64,000 nucleotides of DNA from Candidatus Subterrananammoxibius californiae. GTDB lineage: Bacteria > Planctomycetota > Brocadiia > Brocadiales > Subterrananammoxibiaceae. Location: the NCBI GenBank assembly GCA_030586555.1, contig JAURAC010000004.1:69056-133055 (forward strand), written 5' to 3'. Below, piece after piece: positions 1-8,378 of this stretch (position 1 is its first letter; every line of letters begins with the position of its first letter). A program made the translations under genes and the position numbers. The notes below the pieces were generated by a model. It made no database searches. It was not told the origin of the DNA and saw only the letters and a list, made by a program, of their open reading frames with translations.

Positions 1-3000
1 GCTATATTAATTCCACCCTTGAAGCTTCTGCCAAAGGGCGTAATGGTAAGGTATAAACCAAAGGTTGAGTTAAATGTGTATTTATAAACCTTGAGGGCGC
101 CGCCGCCTCTTGCCTGTGCAACTATTATTTCTGCCCTTTTATCACCATCGTAATCTCCAGCTATTATATTAACGCCAGTCATCTCATAGAAGGGTTTAAT
201 CGAAAACACTACCTGCCCTGTAAGGGTTCCATCATGTTTGTATACCTTTATTGTTCCCTGGGAAGATGCCTGTGCCACAAGTATTTCACTGATATTGTCA
301 CCATCAATATCCCCACAGGCAACGTTAATCCCCCCGGCAAACGAATCGCCGAAAGGTTTAACGTCAAAGATCAGTTCTCCGCTATGATTGTACGCCTTGA
401 CTTCTCCACCCTTATACGCCTGTGCCATTACGATTTCATAAGCACCGTCTCCATTAATATCACCCCTTGCCAGATGGATGCCACCGGTAAATGTGTCTCC
501 AAATGGGTACGTATCTAATAAAGATTTCTGAACTAACCTACCATCGTAGTTAAGCGCCTTAATCATGCCGCCGTTAGACGCCTGTGCAATAACCAACTGT
601 GTTCCCGGGGTAGGGTCCTCTCGACTCGTTGGGTTGGTACCATTCTTTATTTCTTCGCCGTCCAGTATACCATCGCCATCGGTATCTGGATTAGTTGGGT
701 CGGTACCGTATGTATATTCTTCAAGCGCAGTAAGCCCGTCGTTATCGAAATCTGAGGCGGCATCGTTTGGGTTTTTATGATTGAGACCGTACTTTGCTTC
801 CCAATTATTAGGTATCCCATCGCCGTCAAGGTCATTATTACTTGTAGGGGCGGTTGTGGTTGTAGTAGAGGTCGTTGTAGTGGTTGAAGTAGTTGTTGGC
901 GCCAGTGTAGTAGTTGGAACAGTCGTTGTGGTAGTCAGAACTGTAGTTGTTGGTGCCAGCGTTGTAGTCGGAACAGTCGTCGTAGTGGTTAGAACTGTAG
1001 TTGTCGGTGCCAGTGTGGTAGTTGGGACGGTTGTCGTAGTGGTTAGAACTGTAGTTGTTGGCGCCAGTGTGGTAGTCGGGATAGTCGTTGTGGTGGTCGG
1101 AATTGTGGTTGTTGGCGTCAGTGCGGTTGTGAAAACAAGCGTTCCTTTACCTGTGCGTTCTAACACTGTAATACCAGGAGAAAGATTACCAACGCCTGCT
1201 GAGATTGTAATGGTCTTGGCAGTTCCAGCGCTTACTAAGGTGATGTCATATTTTAATGCAGGAGAAAGCAAATTGGGGTCGAGGTCAAAGAGAAAATGCT
1301 TACCATTAGCTGTTAGATTCACGCTGTAGGTTATATTACCGTTGATTATTGCGCCTTGTGGGTCGGAGCTGAAGAGGACAACCTTGTTCTCGGCACTGTC
1401 CTTTATATGTGCGCCGACCATGTTGGCGGTAAGCATATTGCCATCAACCTGGGATACACGCACGGTTTCAGGCATAGAGGTAACGGTTGCATCTGTTGGA
1501 AAAAGGACGTTTAAAAAGATGTCTTCCTTCTGGCCTGAAATATCCTGTTCCAGTCTCCATCCTTTACGGCCTTCAAAGGAAGAATCGGATGTATCTGCAG
1601 GACTGCCCGCTTCCGGGTTCCAGCTTCTATCATTTCTCCAGAAGAAGAAGCCCTCGCCACCCCTTTTTCTATAGGTTGCACCATCGGGCAAAAGTGATTT
1701 AACAAAGAGCCTGCCGCCAGAAGGGTCTGAATCAATATAGAGGTTATTAAAATTGGTTTGAGACCATGTGGTTGACCCATCTTGAGAGGATGTGTCAGTT
1801 AACGGAGTACCTGAGATTGTTGGCTCCTTCACCGTATGGAGGTACCACCTTTTTACAAAGTTTGGCTTGGCAGCAGTAATCCTGTCGAGGATAACAAGAT
1901 ATTTTTTGTCTAAGAATGTAAGGGCTCTCTGGAAGTTTGTGAGGCGGTCAGGATGGTAAGCCTTAGAACCATCACCGAGGGCATAGTCATAATTGTTTTT
2001 AGTCTCAAATTTTGTTATGTCGCCCCTATCAAAATATTGCGCTCCTTTGTAGTGGCTTGATAATATTGTATTGATTGCTTCATTTACATAGTCTCCAGCC
2101 TCGGGGTTATTCTGGTCATAATAGACATAATTAGGATGTGCATTATCAGGGTGTACTGAATAGTACTGATAAAGTTCCTGCCCTTGATCCATAGAAATGC
2201 TGGGGTCTGAAACGGTAACGGAATTAACTGCAACGGTTGGCTTGCCATAATTCATCTGGAACGTATAATTAACCCAGGAGCCAGTAACAGAGTCCTTTCC
2301 CCCCGAACCTTGATTATTATTGTTCATAATGGCAAGGTCGCCACTGCGATAAATACTGAAGGCATTAACGTTATATACCTGTTTTGATGTAAACCAATCG
2401 CCAGAGGTAAAGGCAACAAGGGTGTCATTTTTTGTCCAACCACTCCTGAAGAAGACCCAGCCTGCATCAAGGCCCTGAATAGGAGCGGTTCCATCGGCAT
2501 TATACCCCTGTGCATAGAACGCTAATGGCAGGGTATTATAGTTGGTTCCTGGTTTCGAGGGGTCATAAAAAATTATCCACCTGTACTGTTCACAATTATT
2601 ATACCACGGCTCCACTATTGGCTTCTTAAACAAATCATTAGCTATATATTGAGCCACTCCCGTGGTATCCTTCTGTGATAAAACTTCGATGGGGTACCAC
2701 CCAGTAAATGCGTAATGCTCATAGCTAAGCATTCCAAACGGCACCCACCTATCCACATACATTTTCCAAGCAAAAAGCCTTGTGATAAGATTATCTTGTA
2801 AATACCGTGATGTACTCCAGAGATTTTCACCCGTTGCCTTATCCCATGCATAAATTTCCAGAGCAAATAGCCTCGTGCCTATATTGTCATAACCTCCGTC
2901 AGGGTTTACTCCACCTCCAACCATATTGGTAAAAGGTATCTTTTTTGTTGTTAAGAATGTCTTTATTTGATTTAGTTTGGTTTGTGCGAGTGAATTGTCG

Positions 3001-3665
3001 GCATTTCCATTCAGGCTTGTCTCGTTCCAAATAACAATAGCGGCGAACGTCCACTCCTCAGATGGCAGGTTGCTCATCATGGTGTGCCAGTCATCCGATG
3101 GTCTGCCTTTCCACCACTCGTTATAATCGGCAGGGTCGTTAACATCCCGCTGTATCGCATAGGAGGAGGTCACCAATTTATTGCCAAGGGTTATGCGGTC
3201 TTGCGGGGATAAGCCATTGTAAATCCAATCATAGGCAAGCGCAAAGCTTGAGTTTTGATATCCTATGTAATCATTAGGATTTGTATTTTCTAAGACCTGT
3301 TTGACCCCATTAACGTAGAAACTGCTGCTATCAGGATGAAGATAACTCTCTATTAAATAAACAAACGTAGCGCTAACCACTCTAACCCGTGCGCTTTCTG
3401 AGGTAGGCCCTTGGATATATTGCCAACTCCAATTATTAGAGATGGCGCTATCTACCTCTTGCTTCATCGTCATATATCTTGGGTATAAAGGGTCGGTTGG
3501 TTCATCAACCTTTGCTGCTAAGGCAGGGATTTCAGCCTTTGTAATGAATATTCTGGGATGCTCACCCTTAGCAAATGGTAGGGTTGCTGCAAACGCATCT
3601 AATTCGAGGAATAAAGCTGATACTAATGTAAAGCATATTATTAAGGTTTTATAATAGTTTTTCAT
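1..3665 (-). CDS. Large secreted heparinase II/III-fold protein with Ig-like domain, Thr/Pro linker, Ca-binding DxDxDG repeats and FG-GAP-like repeats (3'-partial, >1220 aa)
   Basis: Manual translation from ATG 3665: signal peptide [26 protein letters not shown], then [53 protein letters not shown]; same frame at the window edge reads [12 protein letters not shown]. Not in the ORF track, consistent with no stop in the window. Confidence 0.85.
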   Translation of the reverse strand, partial: MKNYYKTLIICFTLVSALFLELDAFAATLPFAKGEHPRIFITKAEIPALAAKVDEPTDPLYPRYMTMKQEVDSAISNNWSWQYIQGPTSESARVRVVSATFVYLIESYLHPDSSSFYVNGVKQVLENTNPNDYIGYQNSSFALAYDWIYNGLSPQDRITLGNKLVTSSYAIQRDVNDPADYNEWWKGRPSDDWHTMMSNLPSEEWTFAAIVIWNETSLNGNADNSLAQTKLNQIKTFLTTKKIPFTNMVGGGVNPDGGYDNIGTRLFALEIYAWDKATGENLWSTSRYLQDNLITRLFAWKMYVDRWVPFGMLSYEHYAFTGWYPIEVLSQKDTTGVAQYIANDLFKKPIVEPWYNNCEQYRWIIFYDPSKPGTNYNTLPLAFYAQGYNADGTAPIQGLDAGWVFFRSGWTKNDTLVAFTSGDWFTSKQVYNVNAFSIYRSGDLAIMNNNNQGSGGKDSVTGSWVNYTFQMNYGKPTVAVNSVTVSDPSISMDQGQELYQYYSVHPDNAHPNYVYYDQNNPEAGDYVNEAINTILSSHYKGAQYFDRGDITKFETKNNYDYALGDGSKAYHPDRLTNFQRALTFLDKKYLVILDRITAAKPNFVKRWYLHTVKEPTISGTPLTDTSSQDGSTTWSQTNFNNLYIDSDPSGGRLFVKSLLPDGATYRKRGGEGFFFWRNDRSWNPEAGSPADTSDSSFEGRKGWRLEQDISGQKEDIFLNVLFPTDATVTSMPETVRVSQVDGNMLTANMVGAHIKDSAENKVVLFSSDPQGAIINGNITYSVNLTANGKHFLFDLDPNLLSPALKYDITLVSAGTAKTITISAGVGNLSPGITVLERTGKGTLVFTTALTPTTTIPTTTTTIPTTTLAPTTTVLTTTTTVPTTTLAPTTTVLTTTTTVPTTTLAPTTTVLTTTTTVPTTTLAPTTTSTTTTTSTTTTTAPTSNNDLDGDGIPNNWEAKYGLNHKNPNDAASDFDNDGLTALEEYTYGTDPTNPDTDGDGILDGEEIKNGTNPTSREDPTPGTQLVIAQASNGGMIKALNYDGRLVQKSLLDTYPFGDTFTGGIHLARGDINGDGAYEIVMAQAYKGGEVKAYNHSGELIFDVKPFGDSFAGGINVACGDIDGDNISEILVAQASSQGTIKVYKHDGTLTGQVVFSIKPFYEMTGVNIIAGDYDGDKRAEIIVAQARGGGALKVYKYTFNSTFGLYLTITPFGRSFKGGINI
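889..1104 (-). repeat. About 4 tandem copies of a 54-bp unit encoding a Thr-rich linker ([22 protein letters not shown])
   Basis: GTAGTTGTYGGYGCCAG recurs at 889, 943, 997 and 1051. Confidence 0.9.
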
Positions 3666-3670
3666 CGTAT

Positions 3671-3755
3671 TTCGGCAGCCCCGACGCCTTCGACGAATCT
3701 GTAGGCCGGTAGCTTTGCTCCCTATTCTTTCGAGATAGTTCGCCTTTATCGGTTA
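3671..3755 (-). promoter_or_regulatory. c-di-GMP-I (GEMM-I) riboswitch aptamer
   Basis: Minus strand CGATAAAGGCGAACTATCTCGAAAGAATAGGGAGCAAAGCTACCGGCCTAC...GTCGGGGCTGCCGAA fits the GEMM-I pattern (GGCxAAC, GAAA tetraloop, GCAAA, CCGGCCTA, GGGGxTxCC). Confidence 0.85.
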
Positions 3756-3847
3756 CGTGTTTTCAAATTTTCTAAAGAGCTGGGTGACTACTGCACCCAT
3801 TCCCACGCTCAGCGCGGTGGAAGCTCCGAGCTTCCGAGGTGTAAGAG

Positions 3848-3863
3848 AGCAATCTCCATGCCA
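3848..3863 (-). promoter_or_regulatory. Sigma-54 -24/-12 promoter
   Basis: TGGCATGGAGATTGCT matches TGGCACG-N4-TTGCW with one mismatch and correct GG-N10-GC spacing, upstream of the riboswitch. Confidence 0.75.
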
Positions 3864-3973
3864 TCAGTACACAATATTACCTATAAGTTGATGTTGCTAA
3901 AGAAGGAGGTCCAATGGTAAAATGATGTAGGAGTTAACTCTTTATAATTAAAGGAGTTCCACCATTAGGTAGG

Positions 3974-4003
3974 AGTGGTGTGGATAAACTTGTTTGTCCG
4001 TGC
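3974..4003 (-). repeat. Family A 30-bp palindromic repeat (GCACGGACAAACAAGTTTGTCCATGCCACC), degenerate copy
   Basis: Related copies at 21558, 24047, 36295 and 63491. Confidence 0.85.
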
Positions 4004-4057
4004 TCAAGCCACACTGGAGGGTAGAAATGAAGGTGTTCAACTTTTGGGGGATTTTTA

Positions 4058-4113
4058 TGTACATTTTTGTACTTTAGTAATTTTTAAAATTAATAAACGT
4101 ACAAAAATGTACA
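4058..4113. promoter_or_regulatory. Perfect 15-bp inverted repeat (TGTACATTTTTGTAC / GTACAAAAATGTACA), candidate enhancer sites for a sigma-54 activator
   Basis: Arms 4058-4072 and 4099-4113 with a 26-bp AT-rich spacer; each arm contains GTAC-N6-GTAC; about 200-250 bp upstream of the sigma-54 promoter. Confidence 0.5.
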
Positions 4114-4185
4114 GATAGCCCTGCAGTTAAATGGGGTTTATTTTTATTTATTGGAAGTTTTTGTCAGATTAGGACATCTTTTTGT

Positions 4186-5865
4186 TTACTTTACAATCTC
4201 CCAAAAGACTTCGTCTTCAATTATGCAGAAAAAGATTTTTCCGTATTGTGAGAAGAATGCGCGTAATTCATGGCGATTGGGATGTGGATATTCCGTTTCA
4301 CTCCACCTTGACTCTGGCACATCTTTTTCGGTTATTAATCTATTATGAATGAAGATTCTACCTCCATTGTCCCGGCATTTTTTTATTGCTCTGTTCAATC
4401 TTTCATCCCATCCAGTAGAGCCGTTTAAAACTATATCTAAATTTAAATGGATGCAATTTCGGTGGGCATAAAGTAGAAATTTATTTACACTCCCCACGTC
4501 TTGGCCCCACACTATAACCAGGTCGTTGGGATTCGTTTTCTGTCCAAGCGATTTTGCTATTTTCCAATCTTTATCGTTGGCAATATTACGTTCCGACACG
4601 AAAAATTCTGAAAAATTACAAGTGAATAATACTACAGGTATGACAATGAAAATTGTTTTTGTAAGCCTCAAAGGTTGCAGTGAGACATTAATGTGTGATA
4701 TAGTAACGGCTATAACCAATATCGCTGCTGGAAGGGCAGGTAACATTCTTTCTAAAGCTGCACCGTCAAAGACCATGCCAAAACAGAAAAATGATAATAT
4801 CCATACACCAAGGATTAAAAGTGCAATTTTTAAGTCCTTCTTTACCGTTTTCCACCTCATAATCAGGTATGATACACTTAAAAGACAAGCCGTCCATACT
4901 GCAAGAAATTTACCCGTTTGAAGGATAAGATTTGTTCCTGTCATGCCTAAGGCAGATTCGCCATGGCGAACAAGGTTGAAACCGCCTGTAATCCACCCCC
5001 TAACAGTTGACCCCATGTCAGGTATTGCTACAAATGCGTTTGCTACTCCATAAAGTGCTCTAAGGAAATTCAAAACACTTACCTGTATGGGACTACCTTG
5101 TGACGTTGACTTCAGAGCGATTAATAAATCACCGTAACTTTTGCATTCATTAATAAATATGACCACAAGGAGTAAAGGTATAATTAAAAATAAGAGAAGT
5201 CCAAGAGAATAAATAAAGGTTAATGTAAATCTTTTGCTATAATTCAAGTGTTGTGGGATTAGTATGATTCCAATTACAATTGCCGGAAAGCATAGAACCA
5301 CAGGTAGCCAGAAGAGGGCTGATAGGGCGCTAATTAAAGCAATTGCAAGGACAAATAAAAGCTTTTGCCGATGTTCCGAGAATTCCTGTAATTTAAATAG
5401 AAGTATGAATGCAAAAATCATAAGAAAAGTAGAAGGAATATATGCGCTGCCAGTTCCAGAATAAGCCCAATAGCTATGTGAGAAAGCCAACATTGATGCT
5501 GAAAATAAGGCTACCCTTGTATCCTTTAAAAGGTTATAGACCAAACAAAAGAAGGCGCTTACACCAATTGCCCCAAAAAAGGCGCTTTCAAATTGCAAGA
5601 TGGTTACAGCGCGCCCTGTATAGCCAAAGACCTGGAAAAACTTATAAATTAGCCAACCCAATGGTCTATGAAACAGGTGCCATTGTTCAGCCCCCTTTAT
5701 TGCACGTCCTGTTTCTATATCGTTAGCGTAAAAGAATTGGTCGCCAAGTCTGAAATTAAAAGATTGGGTATAAAGTATAAAGAAAATAACGAACATGCTT
5801 AAGGGATAAATGAACTGAGGGGTGGAATGTCTTTCAATAAATTCAAACAAATTATTTTTATTCAT
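4186..5865 (-). CDS. Multi-TM GT-C type (ArnT/PMT-like) membrane glycosyltransferase
   Basis: 559 aa, about 12 hydrophobic segments, early DQFFY...HLFH loop, soluble C-terminal domain. Confidence 0.65.
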   Translation of the reverse strand: MNKNNLFEFIERHSTPQFIYPLSMFVIFFILYTQSFNFRLGDQFFYANDIETGRAIKGAEQWHLFHRPLGWLIYKFFQVFGYTGRAVTILQFESAFFGAIGVSAFFCLVYNLLKDTRVALFSASMLAFSHSYWAYSGTGSAYIPSTFLMIFAFILLFKLQEFSEHRQKLLFVLAIALISALSALFWLPVVLCFPAIVIGIILIPQHLNYSKRFTLTFIYSLGLLLFLIIPLLLVVIFINECKSYGDLLIALKSTSQGSPIQVSVLNFLRALYGVANAFVAIPDMGSTVRGWITGGFNLVRHGESALGMTGTNLILQTGKFLAVWTACLLSVSYLIMRWKTVKKDLKIALLILGVWILSFFCFGMVFDGAALERMLPALPAAILVIAVTISHINVSLQPLRLTKTIFIVIPVVLFTCNFSEFFVSERNIANDKDWKIAKSLGQKTNPNDLVIVWGQDVGSVNKFLLYAHRNCIHLNLDIVLNGSTGWDERLNRAIKKCRDNGGRIFIHNRLITEKDVPESRWSETEYPHPNRHELRAFFSQYGKIFFCIIEDEVFWEIVK

Positions 5866-7634
5866 GGAAGATTGCTGTGTTCTATTTTAAGTAGCAGGTT
5901 TCCTTCTACCTGCAAAATTTCCTTAAAGTTTAACACATGAAAGACCTCTAACTCTCTTAGATTCTGTAGGAACGGCTTTTTGTTGCTTTCTATAAGAACA
6001 TATCTTACATTTTCTTTTTGAATCGTATCTATAATATCTTGCGTTGCAGGGACTTTTGGGAATTGGACACAACTCCTTTCAGAAAACACGCCGAAAACAA
6101 CCGGGCCGTCACACATTACAACGTCATCTTTATTGGAATTTTGCCTCAGCCATTGTCCCATTTCTTGAAAGTATAGCTTACCAACGGTTCTCAGTCCGTA
6201 GTCCTGATGTTTAAGATATGTGCGATAGGCTATCATTGACAGGCTGTGGAAAATAAGGATGGCAAACGCAATTTTCAATATTCGTGACTCGTAACCCGTA
6301 ACTCGTGGCTCATAAAAGGCAAAAATAAAACTTGTCGTTAACACGAAGAAATAAAATATAACAAACACAAAGGTTACTATCATTTGATAATATCCCATTA
6401 ATCCACCCTCGTAATATTGTGTTTCTGATAGCGGGATATAGACAAGAAAGAAGCCACAAAATAAGAGTGAAAAAAATATAGCCTTCCACCAACTACTGCT
6501 CCCCCCTCTGGATAAAAGGTTTTCTTTGATTAATGATAAGGTCTTTAAAAGATAGAAAAAGACAAGCGGGGCAACAGGATACCAAAATCTTACATAATCA
6601 TAAGGCCAGAGAAGATGAATTCCAATATAGAAGGCTAAATACCACTCAACAACGGTACTCTTTTTTATAAGGCTATATAAAAATCCTATAACAAATAGTA
6701 AAGATATAAGGTACCCCCAGAACCGTAAGCTATGTGGAAACTTTGGAATGCTTGTAACGAGTGAGGCTATATGCGTTGTATTGTTGATAAGATTGCGTTT
6801 TATTACAGTAAAGGTATATGATGAGAGGGGTTGTCCAACTTCTTTATCCGTTATTGCCCTTTGAGCGAACTCTTGTTCATAGCTCCACGAAGCTTCTAAA
6901 TTTTCAAGTAACTTTCCTCTGACGTACCAGGCTCCGATAGCAATGCCACAAATAATCAGTATCGTACCCAAACGCTTCAAGGCGTCTTTCTGCCTTTTTA
7001 TTAATGGCTTGCAAGCAAATATGCAAACTGCCGCTAATAATGCAATACCCACTAATCTTGTAAAGTACGCAGCCAATATAAGGACTGAAAGCAGTATAGC
7101 ATTTCTAATAACATTATTATCCTCTTTTAGACTTTTTTGGGCAACAATTAGCGCCAATAAAGAGAAAAGAAGATACGGTATTTCAGAGACAATGATATTA
7201 CAATTAAAAGACCAGAAAAAATACGATATCCCTGTAAGTAAGAAGGCTGTATCTGCCAGTTTTCCGTTATAGAAACGTCTTAAAAAAACAAAACAAACAA
7301 AGAGGGCAAACACCGCAATCGTAATTAGAAATATTTGAATAATAAGGAAATTATAACCAAAGATTCCCACAACAGGAGCAAGTAACAATGGAAAACCAAA
7401 AGGATACAGGGTATGAGGTATCCCGAGAATCTTGTAACCGTCGAGTGTTATGAGGGATTTTGCAAGTGTAAGATAGTAAAAAGCGTCAATATTCCAGATT
7501 TCACAACCGTTTTTCAATGTGCAAAGGTAAAAAAAGAAGACCGTTAAACAAAATAACACGGCTTTTCTTTGTGTTAAGATGAAATTGGTTTTTGAATTGT
7601 TCATTACATATTCCTCAGACAAACTGTTTCCCAT
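5862..7634 (-). CDS. Multi-TM GT-C type (ArnT/PMT, GT39/83-like) glycosyltransferase
   Basis: 590 aa; DAFYYLTLAKSL, YPFGFPLLLAP, SEIPY, AYFTR motifs; overlaps next gene by 4 nt. Confidence 0.75.
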   Translation of the reverse strand: MGNSLSEEYVMNNSKTNFILTQRKAVLFCLTVFFFYLCTLKNGCEIWNIDAFYYLTLAKSLITLDGYKILGIPHTLYPFGFPLLLAPVVGIFGYNFLIIQIFLITIAVFALFVCFVFLRRFYNGKLADTAFLLTGISYFFWSFNCNIIVSEIPYLLFSLLALIVAQKSLKEDNNVIRNAILLSVLILAAYFTRLVGIALLAAVCIFACKPLIKRQKDALKRLGTILIICGIAIGAWYVRGKLLENLEASWSYEQEFAQRAITDKEVGQPLSSYTFTVIKRNLINNTTHIASLVTSIPKFPHSLRFWGYLISLLFVIGFLYSLIKKSTVVEWYLAFYIGIHLLWPYDYVRFWYPVAPLVFFYLLKTLSLIKENLLSRGGSSSWWKAIFFSLLFCGFFLVYIPLSETQYYEGGLMGYYQMIVTFVFVIFYFFVLTTSFIFAFYEPRVTGYESRILKIAFAILIFHSLSMIAYRTYLKHQDYGLRTVGKLYFQEMGQWLRQNSNKDDVVMCDGPVVFGVFSERSCVQFPKVPATQDIIDTIQKENVRYVLIESNKKPFLQNLRELEVFHVLNFKEILQVEGNLLLKIEHSNLP

Positions 7635-7699
7635 TTATTGGGGCATTATATCCCTATGCTCCTTCAACGGTCAAGTCATAATCATCTCTTAAAAAAGCT

Positions 7700-7728
7700 T
7701 TGACAAAAGTGAGCCATTTCATTACTAT
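7700..7728 (+). promoter_or_regulatory. Sigma-70-type promoter of pyrE
   Basis: TTGACA-17 nt-TACTAT, ending 11 nt before the ATG. Confidence 0.6.
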
Positions 7729-7739
7729 TACAATGAGAT

Positions 7740-8300
7740 ATGAATATAGATACAAAGAAATTGCGATTAAGACTTCTCGAAATCCTAAAAGAGAAGTCTT
7801 TAATGTTCGGGGATTTTAAATTATCATCTGGCTTACGAAGCAATTACTACATAGATGGCAAGAAGACAACGCTTGACCCTGAAGGACTATATTTGATAGC
7901 AGAAATTATCCTTGAAATGATTAAGGACGACAGAGCAGATGCTATTGGAGGCCCAACCCTCGGCGCCGATTCAATAGTTGGCGCTGTTACCTCTTTAAGT
8001 TTTCAGAAAAATTGTCCTGTAAAGGGCTTTATCGTAAGAAAGGAAGCAAAAGGGCACGGCACGGGAAATAAAATAGAAGGGGTATTAGAAAAGGGCTCAA
8101 GGGTAGTTATCGTAGAGGATGTCGTCACCACTGGAGAGTCTATTATTAAAGCGATTAATGCAGTAAAAGAGTTGGAATGTAATGTGGTGAGGATTATCTC
8201 TATTGTAGATAGGGAGCAAGGCGCAAGGCAAAGATTCGCGGTAATGGGTTTTACCTACACCCCCATATTTAAACTCACTGATTTAGGCTTATCCCAATGA
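7740..8300 (+). CDS. pyrE: Orotate phosphoribosyltransferase
   Basis: FKLSSG..SNYYID, RKEAKGHG, VVIVEDVVTTG PRPP motif. Confidence 0.96.
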   Translation: MNIDTKKLRLRLLEILKEKSLMFGDFKLSSGLRSNYYIDGKKTTLDPEGLYLIAEIILEMIKDDRADAIGGPTLGADSIVGAVTSLSFQKNCPVKGFIVRKEAKGHGTGNKIEGVLEKGSRVVIVEDVVTTGESIIKAINAVKELECNVVRIISIVDREQGARQRFAVMGFTYTPIFKLTDLGLSQ

Positions 8301-8324
8301 CCTTATTTTGAAAAATTATTTCAT

Positions 8325-8372
8325 CACCTCCCCTTTATCCCCTCCTTACGAAGGAGGGGACTGAGGGGTGGT
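8325..8372. repeat. Family D C/G-rich palindromic element (CCCCTCC...GGAGGGG) between convergent genes
   Basis: TCCCCTCCTT-ACG-AAGGAGGGGA stem; relatives at 25780, 37900 and 63546. Confidence 0.7.
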
Positions 8373-8378
8373 TACCCT

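Noticed and set aside
781..1329. 182-aa Val-rich ORF on the plus strand
   Set aside because: Antisense shadow of the Thr-rich linker in the large minus-strand gene.
3900..3975. Cluster of AGGAG motifs resembling a CsrA-binding sRNA
   Set aside because: Only four motifs, not clearly in hairpin loops, with no promoter or terminator support.
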